This document shows positions 1-12,324 of a stretch of 64,000 nucleotides of DNA, in pieces. The stretch covers positions 62,001 to 126,000 of the forward strand of contig KZ538817.1 of assembly GCA_000934665.2 (NCBI GenBank), given 5' to 3'. Source of the DNA: Catajapyx aquilonaris. Its lineage: Eukaryota. The position numbers were made by a program, and so were the translations under genes. Each line of letters begins with the position of its first letter. Positions within the stretch are counted from its first letter, which is position 1. Under the pieces are notes generated by a model. It had not been told where the DNA came from. It did no database searches and saw only the letters and a program-made list of their open reading frames with translations.

Positions 1-920
1 GCCCAATGTCATGGCGATGTTCATTTGATACAAACGATGCTCGTAATGACAGGATCCACTTGACCTGCTCACTCATTGTGTCACTTTGACGTAGGTCCTG
101 GTCAGTTGCGGAGAGCTGGACCAACAAACATGTTTATTAACTGAACTGCTGCGGAAGGGAATTAGCCGCTTGACAATAAAGGACATCTGCATAATTTGTA
201 ATTTAATCCCTAGTGGTAATTTAATCATCGGTTCAGTCGGGGTTGCAAAAAATAATACCACTCTTTGGGCCCCTTCTGAACCAAAAACTCAGATATTCAT
301 TTCGGCTTTTAAAATATGACACATTTTCTGTGAAGATTACAAGGCAGGGTTTGCTGTGTAGGCACTTGACTATTTTGCTGATATTCTTCACATTTGAAGA
401 CTTTCTTTACCAATACATTTTTAGTGTGCATCGGGTCGTTTAAAAAAAAAAAATAAGAAAAAATCAGTCTGGTGCCCGCATAAAGAATGCGGGCTTGAGA
501 ATCCGGCGGGTCATCGAACGGAGGCAATCCTGATGAGGGTGTAGAAATGGTCTATAATACCAAAAGTTTTGCGGCAACCTAGTAAAAAAAAGTAGAGGTG
601 AAGTTTAGGGATGGAAGGAGTGGCAGGAATGCGAGTCGGGATAGAAGAGAAGAAGGGCTGTCGGACCCTCAGGCCAAGAGTGAAAAAGAGAGATGGCTTC
701 TTCTTTTTTTTTCCTCTCCACCCACCCACCCCCCTTTTTTGGTAAGAAAGAGGACCCGTGTGCCATGCAAGTGGCCGTTTTGCCCCCGCGACCAAAAACT
801 CCTCATCGAATGCCCACCGGCTGCCCAATGATGCTTGCATCGTGGGGGCTAGAGAAATCCAGCACCATGGGGAAGAATCCTCCACACACGGAACAAAGTT
901 TTGGCGCAAAGTCTATCTAG

Positions 921-1069
921 NNNNNNNNNNNNNNNNNNNNNNNNNNNNNNNNNNNNNNNNNNNNNNNNNNNNNNNNNNNNNNNNNNNNNNNNNNNNNNNN
1001 NNNNNNNNNNNNNNNNNNNNNNNNNNNNNNNNNNNNNNNNNNNNNNNNNNNNNNNNNNNNNNNNNNNNN
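921..1069. other. Assembly gap (run of N) abutting a poly-G tract at 1070-1108
   Basis: N run seen directly. The other Ns (2433 and 12312-12324) also sit inside poly-C tracts. Confidence 0.99.
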
Positions 1070-1874
1070 GGGGGGGGGGGGGAGAGGGGGGGGGGGGGGG
1101 GGGGGGGGCGTAATACCCTCGAAAGTGTCGTAATAAACAGAGCGGCGAACGGCGCTCGTCCCGGCCCCGAATCTTTGCTATTACAATAGGAAACTGCGCA
1201 CCGGAGAGCAGGAGGATCCCAGAGAAGTCATTATTCGATTTCTAAAACTAAAAATGCCTAGAGGAACATGAACCTAGGAGAGGTCCGGGGGAAAGTCCCA
1301 GCAGATTTGCGTTAATTTTCTGCCGTTCTGCGCACACTGCCCCCCGGGGAACTGGGGGCTACAAGACAAAATATTCCCAAGTCTCGGAGTGATCGTAGGA
1401 AATGGTACAGTGGTCCTCGGGGACGAACGCCGAGTCGGGCTTATTCCAGGGAGGTGAAGCTGACTTTGCCAGAAGCTTTCTGGCGCAAAATATGAGCACA
1501 TAATTATCGGGAGGATGGGAGGGGAGGCGGGGAGGGGGAGGGGGGAGGATGCTTGGTAGGGATCGGCTGCGGAGGGAGACATGCAAACATTTCTCCTTCA
1601 ATTTCAATTTTCCGGAGCCGAGGCACCTGTCTCTTCCATTGTGCATGTTTGAGAATTTTTTTTGTTGCGGTTATCCCCTGAAGGACATGATACCACGTTG
1701 GCTCCGGGGGAGGTTAGGCGGACAAAAAAATTATCTAAGGCTCGCTGCAGACTTGTATTCAATTTTGGCGCATCTCTTTTTCTCACGGTGTTTGGTTCTG
1801 AACAAGCACGTGTAAGGATCGTTTATGCCAGCGGTGCAAATGAAAGGAAAAATATTTTCATTGCTGTATATTAA

Positions 1875-2788
1875 CCCTGTACCGCGCATTGTGTCTTGAG
1901 GGCAACAATTAATTTGCGCAGGCGCCATAAGCTTCAACGTTGGTCCTGGAAACCACAGTGTGGCTTAATGTCACAGTTAGTTTGTTACCATCAGCTAGAT
2001 GACAATGTCGATAAATGACACGGTCAGGATACGGTATGAAGAAGCCAAGGTCATTGAAAATGGCGCGAAATTGGGATTTGCTGAAGCTGCGATTGTTTCT
2101 GGAGCTGATTAGATATAGGTATACAGATATTAAATATCCAATTACATGTAACATGTAAACTGCAAAGAGTAGCTCTCTCGTCGCCATTTGCGGCCATTCT
2201 AATTTTGTCAGCACAATTTCATCACAATTTTTTGGCGGCGCAGGCACAATATTGCTTGAGGTTTGAGTCCTTAGTCATTGTGCGTATTTTTATTCGAAAA
2301 CGGTTACATGTACAGATATGACCATTACTATACGTTTTTAAGGTCCGGCGATTACAATTCGGACTGGAATATAGATGACCCCGAGATCTCAAGGGGAGCC
2401 GGTAAACGAAAGGGGATCGTGACCCCCCCCCCNCCCCCCCCCCCGCCCCGATCTGCATGCGACGGTGGAATGGTGCCCACCATTATGGTGGGGGATATGA
2501 TCGCCTTTAGTTTTCTGCCCCCCCTTGCAATATGGATGCCATCTATATATCAGATCAAATATTGTAATCGCCGGACCTTCAAAACTTAGCAAAGTTTATC
2601 TCTGTATGTGTTACCGTTTTTGTGTAAAAAAAATACTCGCCATGACTTTTGACTCAGCCCATGTAACTTCAAAGTCATTGGGTCAGAGATGATCAAACAT
2701 AATAAAAACCATCCTTACGTCGCCTATGATGAGAAAAAGGCATCAGATTTTTTTTCTTCCCGATATCCTAAATGTGCGCAGTACAGGG
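1875..2788. mobile_element. Non-autonomous piggyBac-type DNA transposon (914 bp) with TTAA target-site duplications
   Basis: Left end TTAA|CCCTGTACCGCGCA (TTAA 1871-1874). Right end TGCGCAGTACAGGG|TTAA (TTAA 2789-2792). The terminal inverted repeats match at 13/14 positions. CCC...GGG termini with TTAA flanks are diagnostic of piggyBac. No transposase ORF. Confidence 0.85.
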
Positions 2789-5700
2789 TTAAACATAATC
2801 GGAGATTTTCATTAATTGTTATTAACACGATCAGGCCCAAACAATAGTAAAATTGTGACAATTTGTGCTCCCTTTATCGTATGTTATGCGTCAACAGTAA
2901 CAGTACCTCTATATTCAGCTACTTTTGGAACACCCTGTCTATAGTACAGTATTGTAGGCCTACCTTTTACACTGGCGTGGTGCTTACCCCTGAAAAGTCG
3001 ACATCCCGTGAGACAAGAGAGGCGCATAGGTTTGCTAAGTCACAGGATGAAGCTTCAGTCATTGAAATGAGTGAAAAAATTATGCCCATGTCATATTCGA
3101 AAACGATCTTCCTATAATTATAGCAAATTTGACTATAAATTAGTATCTTAATTTTTGAATTAATTTTCACAAAGGTTCCTCGGAGAAAATTGCCTGCAAT
3201 ACATAGGACAATTTATATAACAACTTCAGAACGGAAACGAGTTTTAAGAATATCATTCTCAGCCGGAGGTAAATTCAGTAATAAACTTGTCACTATCAAG
3301 ATGAATGAATAATCAGCTCTTCGCGTTACATTAACTTCGCAACTTCTTTACATTTTTACCTTTTTTATAAAAACCGTCTTCATCCCTCCCCCACCCTTTT
3401 TATCATTGCCAAGTGGTTGTTTATCAGTCGTTGACGCGCATTCTTAGCCAACCCCAGTAAAATGGGCCCATAAAATTATGCCTTCCCCCGTAATAAATCC
3501 GCCTCACGCCCTTGTAAAAGAGTGCGAAATAACATTCCGCCGGTCGAAAATTACACCACTCGGCATTCGATCGGCAAACCCTCTCGATTGTCCAGCAGCA
3601 AGTAGGTGCGATCCCCCCCATGCGTCCAAGCAGCAGTCGACCGCAGCCACCCCCCGCCGCTCCTTCTGAAATGAAGCGCAGGCCATCGTCTCTTTTCCGC
3701 AGGTCAGAAGCAGCCGCACCGCCAATGGTGAAATTGTGTGCCTGTGAAACAATTCTGTCCAGAAGGGTCTTTCTCCCTGTCCATTTGGGAAGGAAATGGC
3801 CGCGCGGTTCTTGACGCCCTCAAGTGCTTAGCAGGTGTTCCTCTTGTATGTGCCTCCATGTTCCGAGCCCCTCCTATGCACACCCCCAGAATGGCCAAGG
3901 CAAGGCCGATCTTCATTACCGGAGCCATTAGCCGCCACTGCGAGCTAATATTATTCCAGCTCAGGAGGCAAAATATGGCCATTGGCCATGTGGGCGTTCC
4001 CTGGATATGTGTCTGCCGGGAACGTATAAAGTGAGCTTCCCTGGAGGATTCCGAGCTGCTTTATGCCTCGGAGTGCTCGGCCATTGCTTGCCCACGTGGG
4101 AGTGAGGAGGAGGAGGAGGAAGGGCTCTTTTTGGATGGTTGCCCACCCTATGATAATGTCCCGCCGGTTTATTTCAGCGGCCTTTGACACCTTGTCGAAG
4201 TTTGGGCGCGGCTTGCCAACTTGGCTCTCGATTGGGCTAAGTGTCAATATCGATAGGCTTTCGATGGTGCTACCGGCCGAACGTAATGGCATATTTAACG
4301 GTCAGTTAACCGCCTTTTTTTGTTGGAACAATCCTGTGAAGCGGGCAACCAACACTGCAGAAGATCCATGTCGGCATGCGGTAAACAAGGCGTTGAGTGT
4401 CAGAGTAGGGACCATCTTGAGACGTGTGACTTTGGCCGGGTTTCCAGAGCAAATTCCGAGGGCCCTGGGTATCATCCGTGGGAGGAGGAACAGGGCCTGG
4501 AAGCTAGAGCAGTATAGAATAACTCCCAGCAGCCCGGGTGATCCGGTATCCTCGACGGGCCTTATTAGAGCGGCGGGCCCCTCTGGAATTCTGATGCCAT
4601 TTGATGGGGCTAGGCAGGGAGAGAGGGGATAGAGTAGTAGTGGGCAAGAGAGGAGGGGGGGTCGGATCTATCTACCCTTGGTCCCCAGGCGGCCGTCCCG
4701 CTGCCCAGAGCTGCGGGTGACGTTTATTGCATGAAGGAGCTCGACCCCTCGGATATGGAGAGCCCCTGCCACCTCTTCTTCCCCTTATGACCCGCTATAA
4801 GGGAAGGCGGCGGCCAATGGGGCACTTCACGTCGGCCCTTGGACACCTTCGTTTTTCACCGCAATGAGGCACAGGCCTCTTTTGTGTTTTCCTCCTGGCC
4901 GAACGTGTGAGTGGCCAACTCCGGTGCCTGATTATGATCACCTCGGACCACAGGCCTACTTTGGGCCACACGTCATGCGACCTGTCCGGGATGAGCGGGG
5001 GTTCAATTGTTGGGGAGGATGCTGGTGAAATGACCCCGGCGCAAGTGTACTTGACGTGGGCAGCAGTAAAGTGGACGTGTGCGGAAAGAAAGAATAAGGA
5101 GAGAGCCCCACGTGACCCGGTCGTATAAGGCTGGGGGCCCTGTTGCATCTGGCATGAGCTGGCCCTCAAATTATTGGCTTCTTTTAAGAATCAGACCTGG
5201 AGGAGGGGGGGCTAGGTTGGTAATTCCTAGTGTATATTGGAGAAGCGGTCGTGTAAAACTGGAATCAAAGTACCCAAGTTTTGCGGTCATTTGAAAACTG
5301 AAACCCTTATCCTTTTGAGGGGGGGAGGCTTTGTGCGTTCGGCGTGCCTTCCATTCTATGGTTTCTAATAAACGTCGTTTTATTCGTGCGGCCATAAAGC
5401 GTGCGAGTGGGCCGCATAAAAGGCATGGTCGTAAAAGATGGCGTATCGACATGTTCGATTCTGTCCTACTTGCTCTTGTTGCGTCTTGGGATGTACTTGT
5501 ATATGCACCTGAGCGGACTTTCCCTTCTCTGCTATTATGATCTACTCGGTTGGTTTGGCCTGCTATACCAACGGGACCTACAGAAAACCCACGCCAACTT
5601 GGAGACGACCTGTCTTCTCCAATAAGGTCAAAATAACGAACCGTGCACAGAAGTGGGTCTCTGTTGATGGTGACGGGCAGGAGCAAATAAGCTGACCACT

Positions 5701-7884
5701 TTCTCGTGTTCGACATTGTTAGTGTGCTGCTGTGTACGTTTACTTGAGCACTTGGCCGGGTGCAAGATCTAGTTATAGAGAACCTGGGGCCGGCGTTTGA
5801 GAGGCTGTCCAGCATGCAGCATGCCTGACCGGGTCCATGTGCAGCATCCCATACCCGGCTCTTTGTGATGTTGGCTAAACTTGCTGTATGGCGATGGCTA
5901 TCCCCGCCTAAGTTTTGTGCGTATATATCTGGGTAGCTAGCTCCAGGGGAAATCACATTATATTAAGGGTACGTGGTAGGAAAGTGCCATCAAAGCAGAG
6001 CGTAGTAAAACGTCAAAGTGTATGCTAACGTTGAGATTGCGGAGATGGCATCGAGATTACCTTGCAGGGCCAAGTGCCATCAGGGGCAAAAGTTGCCGCC
6101 CAGTATTTCAATTACTCAAAGGATGTTACGAGTCGAGTGTGTCCCTGCATGTCGGCCTCCCAGGAATCTTGTGCGAGAATGCATGGAATTTCATAGCTTC
6201 CCAAGGGAAAGGCCGCAAGAGGGTAGGCGGTCGGCGGCGCCAACACAAACCCATGCCGGCCTATATATGCATACACTTGGTTCCATACTTCTCAAACCAG
6301 CCAAATGGCTCCGAGGTGAATTTTCTTCCCCTCCCCTCCCCCCCCTCCTCTCTCCATCCCTCCCTCACTCCCCCCTTCCATACCCTTTTCCGCTTCCCCC
6401 TCTGTTTTTTAAGCCTCTTTCGCCGGACTCCCGAGGGATTCTCCGGCAGAGCAACTTCTAACGTGTCTAGGCACATCATGGCCGTCTTTCTCTGGAAATT
6501 GTGCGGATGCATTTTCTGATTTTCATGTCGAGAGGTGAGGGATGAGCAGCCCGAGAGGTCCCAGCGACTCGTTGGGAAAATGTGACGCACACGTGCCAGA
6601 GATTGCTGCTCTTTGCAGCTCCAGTCCTGAAGGGGTGCCCGAGCCGTAATCTGCTTCTCGTGACAAATACTTTGCCATTTCCACCTTTCCTATCTCGGAT
6701 TTGTTGCCTTGTGCATATATGCACGATACGCGTCGACACTTTTTATATGTTTGGCGAACATTTCCTATAGCACTATTGCATGGACGCGTGATTAAAAATC
6801 CAGAGTGGCATGCACCTTTTGTTCCGAAAGGTGTCGCCATAATTTAGCAAACAATTGGACCCCCGGCGAGACCCATATGTCCAGAATATTTAGTCCATCC
6901 TGCAGCCGTGTCCGATGCTTAATTAATGTCTGATATCTTCCAGCGACGTCAACAAGCGACGGGTTACTTCCTGGCCGACCACCCCCGACGCCATCCACGC
7001 CAGCCCTTGCCCACACCCCCTGCTCACCAGTAGGCCCACCTGATGCAGACAACAGCATCGAGTCAGGTAGAGTCCCCTTCTCCATAACTTGGTTTAGTAC
7101 AAGCCATGGTGTCACTGCCTACACTAGTTTCCTTATATCCCAAGACTAGCCGCGACGCATATTCGGGCCGTACTAAGTAAGATTGCATGATTTATTTATT
7201 TGATGCTGGTAGGCTAGGCTTGGTTGCGCAGGTCGAAGGATGACCACCTTGCTCCATCCATATGGATGAGAAGGTTTTCCGGGCATGTAGCCTCTGCGGC
7301 GATGAATTAAACGGTAGACAAGGAAAGTGCGTCCTAGAAACAGAATCTCTGAGACGTTGCAGTCTGCTGCTGCGGCTTGTGGGCCGGCACCTTAGACCGT
7401 CCACTGCCTTGCATTGCCCTCCCCAGAATGTGACATACACTTGAGAATATACTCGTGCTGAAATTCAGAACGATCCTGCTGACATTTCCATCGAAAATAG
7501 AGGTGTCGGCACATTGCGGTACACCCTGTACAAGGACAATAGTAAGACCAGGAAATTCCAGTGCAGTGGATGCAATTTTGCATGCAGTCATACAAGTGAA
7601 AACCACTGCTGGTGATTAGATTAACTTTTTGTTCGCACCTGGCCGGGGAATGCATATTTGACCGTTTTCTGCCGGTTCACACAGCGTGGAGTGAAATTAT
7701 CTAAAATTAACTGCATGTTTATTTTCTCAAGGCAAAGCGGTCCCCATCATTTAATAACATCTGTCCGTCCGTGAAATATGTAAAATAAGCAGGTGACACG
7801 AAGCTTAAAATGTGGCAGCGAATTTACAGTGGTCTGGGTATGAAACTCTTAATTATGCAACATATAGGCCCGCTCAGGTGAAAG

Positions 7885-7906
7885 TCTCTCTCTCTCTCTC
7901 TCTCTC
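7885..7906. repeat. (TC)11 microsatellite
   Basis: Seen directly in sequence. Confidence 0.95.
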
Positions 7907-10900
7907 CTAGAATTTTATTGTGGCCTGAAAACTGTCGCATCGTGTCAACAACGCATTTTCCTGTCACGCCCTTCTTGGATTGAAATTTATATACGAGTGT
8001 CGCTATGCCCTTTTTCATTTATAAATCGCTCTTTGAAATAAATGTCTTGTGAAGCGACTAATTTTTAAGGCAAAGCAGTCTCATTGGCGAAAAATTGGTT
8101 TCTGACATCGGTACCAATCATCAATTATTATTGGATCATGTTCTTAGAATATAGTTTCGTTTATGACTCCTCACAAAATCTTAAGGACGAGTTGATTGGT
8201 TTGGGGTGATGCAACAGGTCGGATTGACGACCAATTGTTGTCAAGGATATATCTAACAATTGACCACTGGTCAGCCTTCTGCTGGTGAAAGTCATTCAAC
8301 CGGACCTTACAAGCAAATAAACACGAAAACAAGGACCGTATTGTTGATCACTCACCTCTTTATACTGTCAATGAGAACTGGGTAGGATCGATACCTTTTA
8401 CGTGCTCAGGCAACATCGGATTCCCATTTCAACATTGGGCAATATTTGTCCCCAAGTGTGCATCTGCACTTAGCTGTTGGTCTACCCCCCTCGCCCTCTG
8501 AAAGAAACGGGGTCCTTGCGAGACATTCTTGCGCCGGGTTGGGTCCTCGACAGTCCTTGGTGGCAGCCCCTCGTTTGGGGGATAGGAAAGGCTTCATGTT
8601 AGTAGGAGGGGAGAGAGCTGGAACCGCAGCCTTCTCTTCCGGATCCCCGGAGACTTCCTTAGTTCCGGCTAATGGAAACTGAAAGATAGGGTTTCCGTGT
8701 ATTTGCCAGGATTTTAATTGACTGGATAGACGTCTCATCAAGGCGCGGTGGCGGCCCCCTAATGACGAGCGTCGTAGGCCAACCGCAGGAAAAAGGATGA
8801 ATGATACATGAGACGTGAACACGGAGGAAAAGTTTTCCAGGGGCGGGGGGCGGGCTTGGGAGGGTTGGAGAGGGGGGGTCGGGCTGGACGTGGGCCTCCA
8901 CTCCGGCCCCAACTGCCAGGAGAGAGAAGGACGGCCCCGGGAGTTGCGGTCTCGGCGGGAAGGTCGAGGATGCTGGCCCCTGCTGTGTGTCCCCCCTGCC
9001 ACCTCCCTCCCCCACAGCTCAGACATACAGGACAGTCCTGCAGGAGGGGACACCCCTTAGGCCCTTTCACGTGTCGCCTCTCTTCATGTATGAAATATCA
9101 CGCTTGCCCTTCTTGCCACATGCACCGGACCCAGGGAGGAGGAAAAAGGCCACTGGTCACATTACCCATTCAGTTAGTGTGTGGAATTATGCGGATTCAC
9201 CAGGGACGGTCGGTTATTAAGAGATTATGTTGATTGGTAATGACCCCGGGTATATTGATAGGTATGTATACAGGGCTGCATGGGCTGACAGCGCGACCGA
9301 CTTTCAGGGTCACGACTACAACAATGCTTATCTACTGATAAGATCGTAATTTGGAGCCTATCTGGCTGCGCAACAAAAGCCGGCTATAAGCGCCCTCCCT
9401 CCGGGATCATCAGTTCACATTTCGATACCCAATTCCGAGATAACGCCTCAATTTGTGACGGCATTTTAGGGGGGGAAATTAACACCACACATCATCGCCT
9501 CCTCAAGATAAGACAGTGGTGTAATTAATTTTTGCATGCTCCGCTCCGGTTGCTGCTGTGATCGATCTATTCCCCCATGCAGCATGTATAGTATAGATTC
9601 CTTAGGACCGGTTGCAGGGAGATGTGCCCCCCTGGAGTGCCTTCGCATTGGGCCCCCCCGCAGCGCCCAGGATTTATTTCGCGAGTCGGGGCGGGGGGCT
9701 GTGCCCCCCTGTTTATTTGCCTTTCTTTGGATGTGTCACTTGCATGTGTGCGCGCCAGGCTGGGTCCACGGGACCCCCCGTCGTCTTCCGGAATGGAGTG
9801 GAATGGGAGGCCGGGCGCCGCCGAATAGCGTTAGGCCGAGTGTTATCCTGGCCCCCGCGCAACCCACCTGATTGCCTACCCGCCAGGATGATGGATGCCT
9901 GGGGTAAGGCTCCTCCGGGTATATCCGGGGGAAGACTCAGGGGCGCTGAATGCCTGAAAATTAATCTGGCGCGCCCCGCAGCACTAGGAGCTGCCGTCCG
10001 CAATTTCCACCCTCCCACCTCCTCCTCCTCCTCCCAGCCTCCCAACCTCCTCATCTCCCATCTCTTCTCGGCCTCGGCGCCGAGCCTTGAATGAAAGCCC
10101 CCCCATGAAAGGGGTTTCCAGGACGTCCGCTTGGAACAAACCGGGGGTCCCCTCCTCCACCTCCTCCCCTTCCCCCTGTTTTTATCAGGGCCCCACGCTC
10201 CATGCCGCGCGCATTCAGAGGCCCCCAACTTCCCCCCAAACTTTTAATTCCTCAATTCAAGCGTAAGCTAAGATTTATTTTAATAAGTCCTGGGAATGAT
10301 GTCTGAATTGAACGAGCGACGAGGAGCGATGAGACCTCTGCCTTGGCGCCGGCACCGCCCAAACCTATCACGGCGACCCCGGCTTCCCGGCCTCTGCAGG
10401 CGGGGCTTTATTGTATGGCCCCCACTCCTGCCCCCTCCGCCTTACACTCCCAACACCACCCCAAAACAAGAGGAACTTGCCTTGATAGGAGCTGACTTGT
10501 GATAGGGCCGTGGAGAGGAATTAAAGTTTCGCGCTTTTTTGTAAGGTGGCAATGCAAAACGATTTCGGCGCTCCCGACGCCTAGGCCATGGGAGAAAAGG
10601 CGCTGTTATGCCGCCTCTCGCCTCCTGACTTTGGAGCCTGCTGGTGACCGCTTTTGTTGCCAAAAAGGAACTGGGAAAAGGGGACCTGAATTGCATCTGT
10701 GTCGCCTCAAGTGTTTGTCACTCCCGGTGGGAAGTTGGGGGGAGAAAAAAATACAGGGTGAGCCAATATGAGTATTGGCGAAAAACGTCGGAAATGATTT
10801 CCAGGCTGAATGATGTTTATGCAAGTAGCCTTTGACCAATGAACCTGACCCTCTTCGTTTGACCTTTTATGGGCACTTGAAGCTGGAGCTTAACTTTGCC

Positions 10901-12311
10901 CTCTCCTTTGATGTTTTCGGGGGGGTTTAGAGGAGCGACAGACCTATGGTCTTCCTCTCTCTCGTTCTCCCCAACCCTTTTCCTTTTCCCCCCGACCGAA
11001 AACCTCCATCCCGGTGATGCTTTGTTGAAAAGGCTGGCAACTTTGCCTTTACGAGATCGCCGCCTTAAAATGAGAGAGGCAAGGCTTCCAATGGACATGC
11101 GGAACACCCCCACCCTGGCCCCCCAACTATAAACCCTCCTGACCTCTCCCCAAACTTTGGCGTTTGTGCGACACCGGAGTGCTTCCAATTAGCTCCAGAG
11201 TTAAGAAGTGCAGTGAGTGGTTGTTTGTGATGGCTCACGTCGGTTGGGCTCTCGCCTCCTCTTGCCTCCAGGAATGTGAATGTATTTGCCAGCAAACATC
11301 CAATATATTGCCTATTCGACTTCAAATAAGGAGGAGGAGGAGGAAGCTTGCCAAGCACCCTTGATGCGCTCCCAGTTTGCCTTTAGGAATTCATAGAAAT
11401 GTTCTATAATATTAGAGTTGATTTAGCCGCGCCGAGTACAGCCCTCACGAGACAATTAATTATAGGCCTATTTATTTCGGGGGGAGACGAGGGCCATGAT
11501 GCGGTTCCCTTGGCGACAACACTTGCCTTCCACATTGGGGTTCATTCAAATTGCCTGCTCCATCCAGCCTCTAATCTGCTTACCATGGCTCCAGTTCGGC
11601 GTCTTCGTCACGATTGTTTCCAAGTCTTCGTCTTGTAGCAAGAGGCGTTCGTATAGTGACATCTGATGACATTTGCTGTAATGTTGCGGACAAGCTTGGT
11701 GGTGGCCCCCGCATTGACAGGTCCAATACGGTAATGTATGGGTTGGACCCGGTTGGACCGGTGCTGCAGTGTGGTGTAGTGTATTTTGGAAGCCCCTTCT
11801 CGTATATAACCATCCCGAGTTGAGAAATGATAGCGAGTGCGGTCTGCAGACAGCCCTAGTGGAAAGATTCGCAAACAAATGGCGCGGCGGAGGCAATGCA
11901 GTGGAGTGTACGACATGCATCATCCCGGGAGCGGCAGTCACGAGTGGAGCGAAGAGAGAGAGGCGGTAATTGCAGGGGTGGTAAACATTTCGCGCTGGAA
12001 AGGCGTCGTCCACATCCGCGATGAAGATATGAGGTTCCCGGCTAAGGAAAAGACTGGGCCCCCCGGGGGACCGATGCAGGCGAGCCGCCTTCCCCACTTG
12101 ACAAGCAGAAAAGCAACCATCATCCACGGTGGCTGGAAGACGACATCGTTGTCCCAGGGTTTCTAATTCCCGAGCGCGTTTCGGCCGAACTGCATTAGGC
12201 CGAGTGTGGTACACGTGTGCATTTTTCAGAAAATGAAAATTGGGAGGCTCGGCGGAACACTGGGCATTACCTTTGGCAGCTTCAAGGGGTATAACTCGGG
12301 GACACCCCCCC

Positions 12312-12324
12312 NNNNNNNNNNNNN
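12312..12324. other. Short assembly gap inside a poly-C tract
   Basis: 13 N flanked by C runs. Confidence 0.99.

Noticed and set aside
474..547. Hairpin (474-494) plus CTGATGA...GAAA suggesting a hammerhead ribozyme
   Set aside because: No stem II can form between CTGATGA and GAAA, and stems I and III are not evident.
5171..5956. 261-aa minus-strand ORF and other long ORFs in the desert (4063-4632, 8406-9053, 44361-45008)
   Set aside because: Mostly non-ATG starts, low-complexity or random composition, no domain motifs and no splice chain.
6525..6540. ATGTCGAGAG|GTGAGG as a micro-exon for the NuRD-binding MSRRKQ peptide
   Set aside because: The fourth codon would begin with G and cannot encode Arg, and no KQ.KP continuation was found.
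11546..12214. Possible decayed retroelement or GIY-YIG fragment on the minus strand
   Set aside because: Only a vague resemblance, with no catalytic motifs in any frame. It would need BLASTX support.
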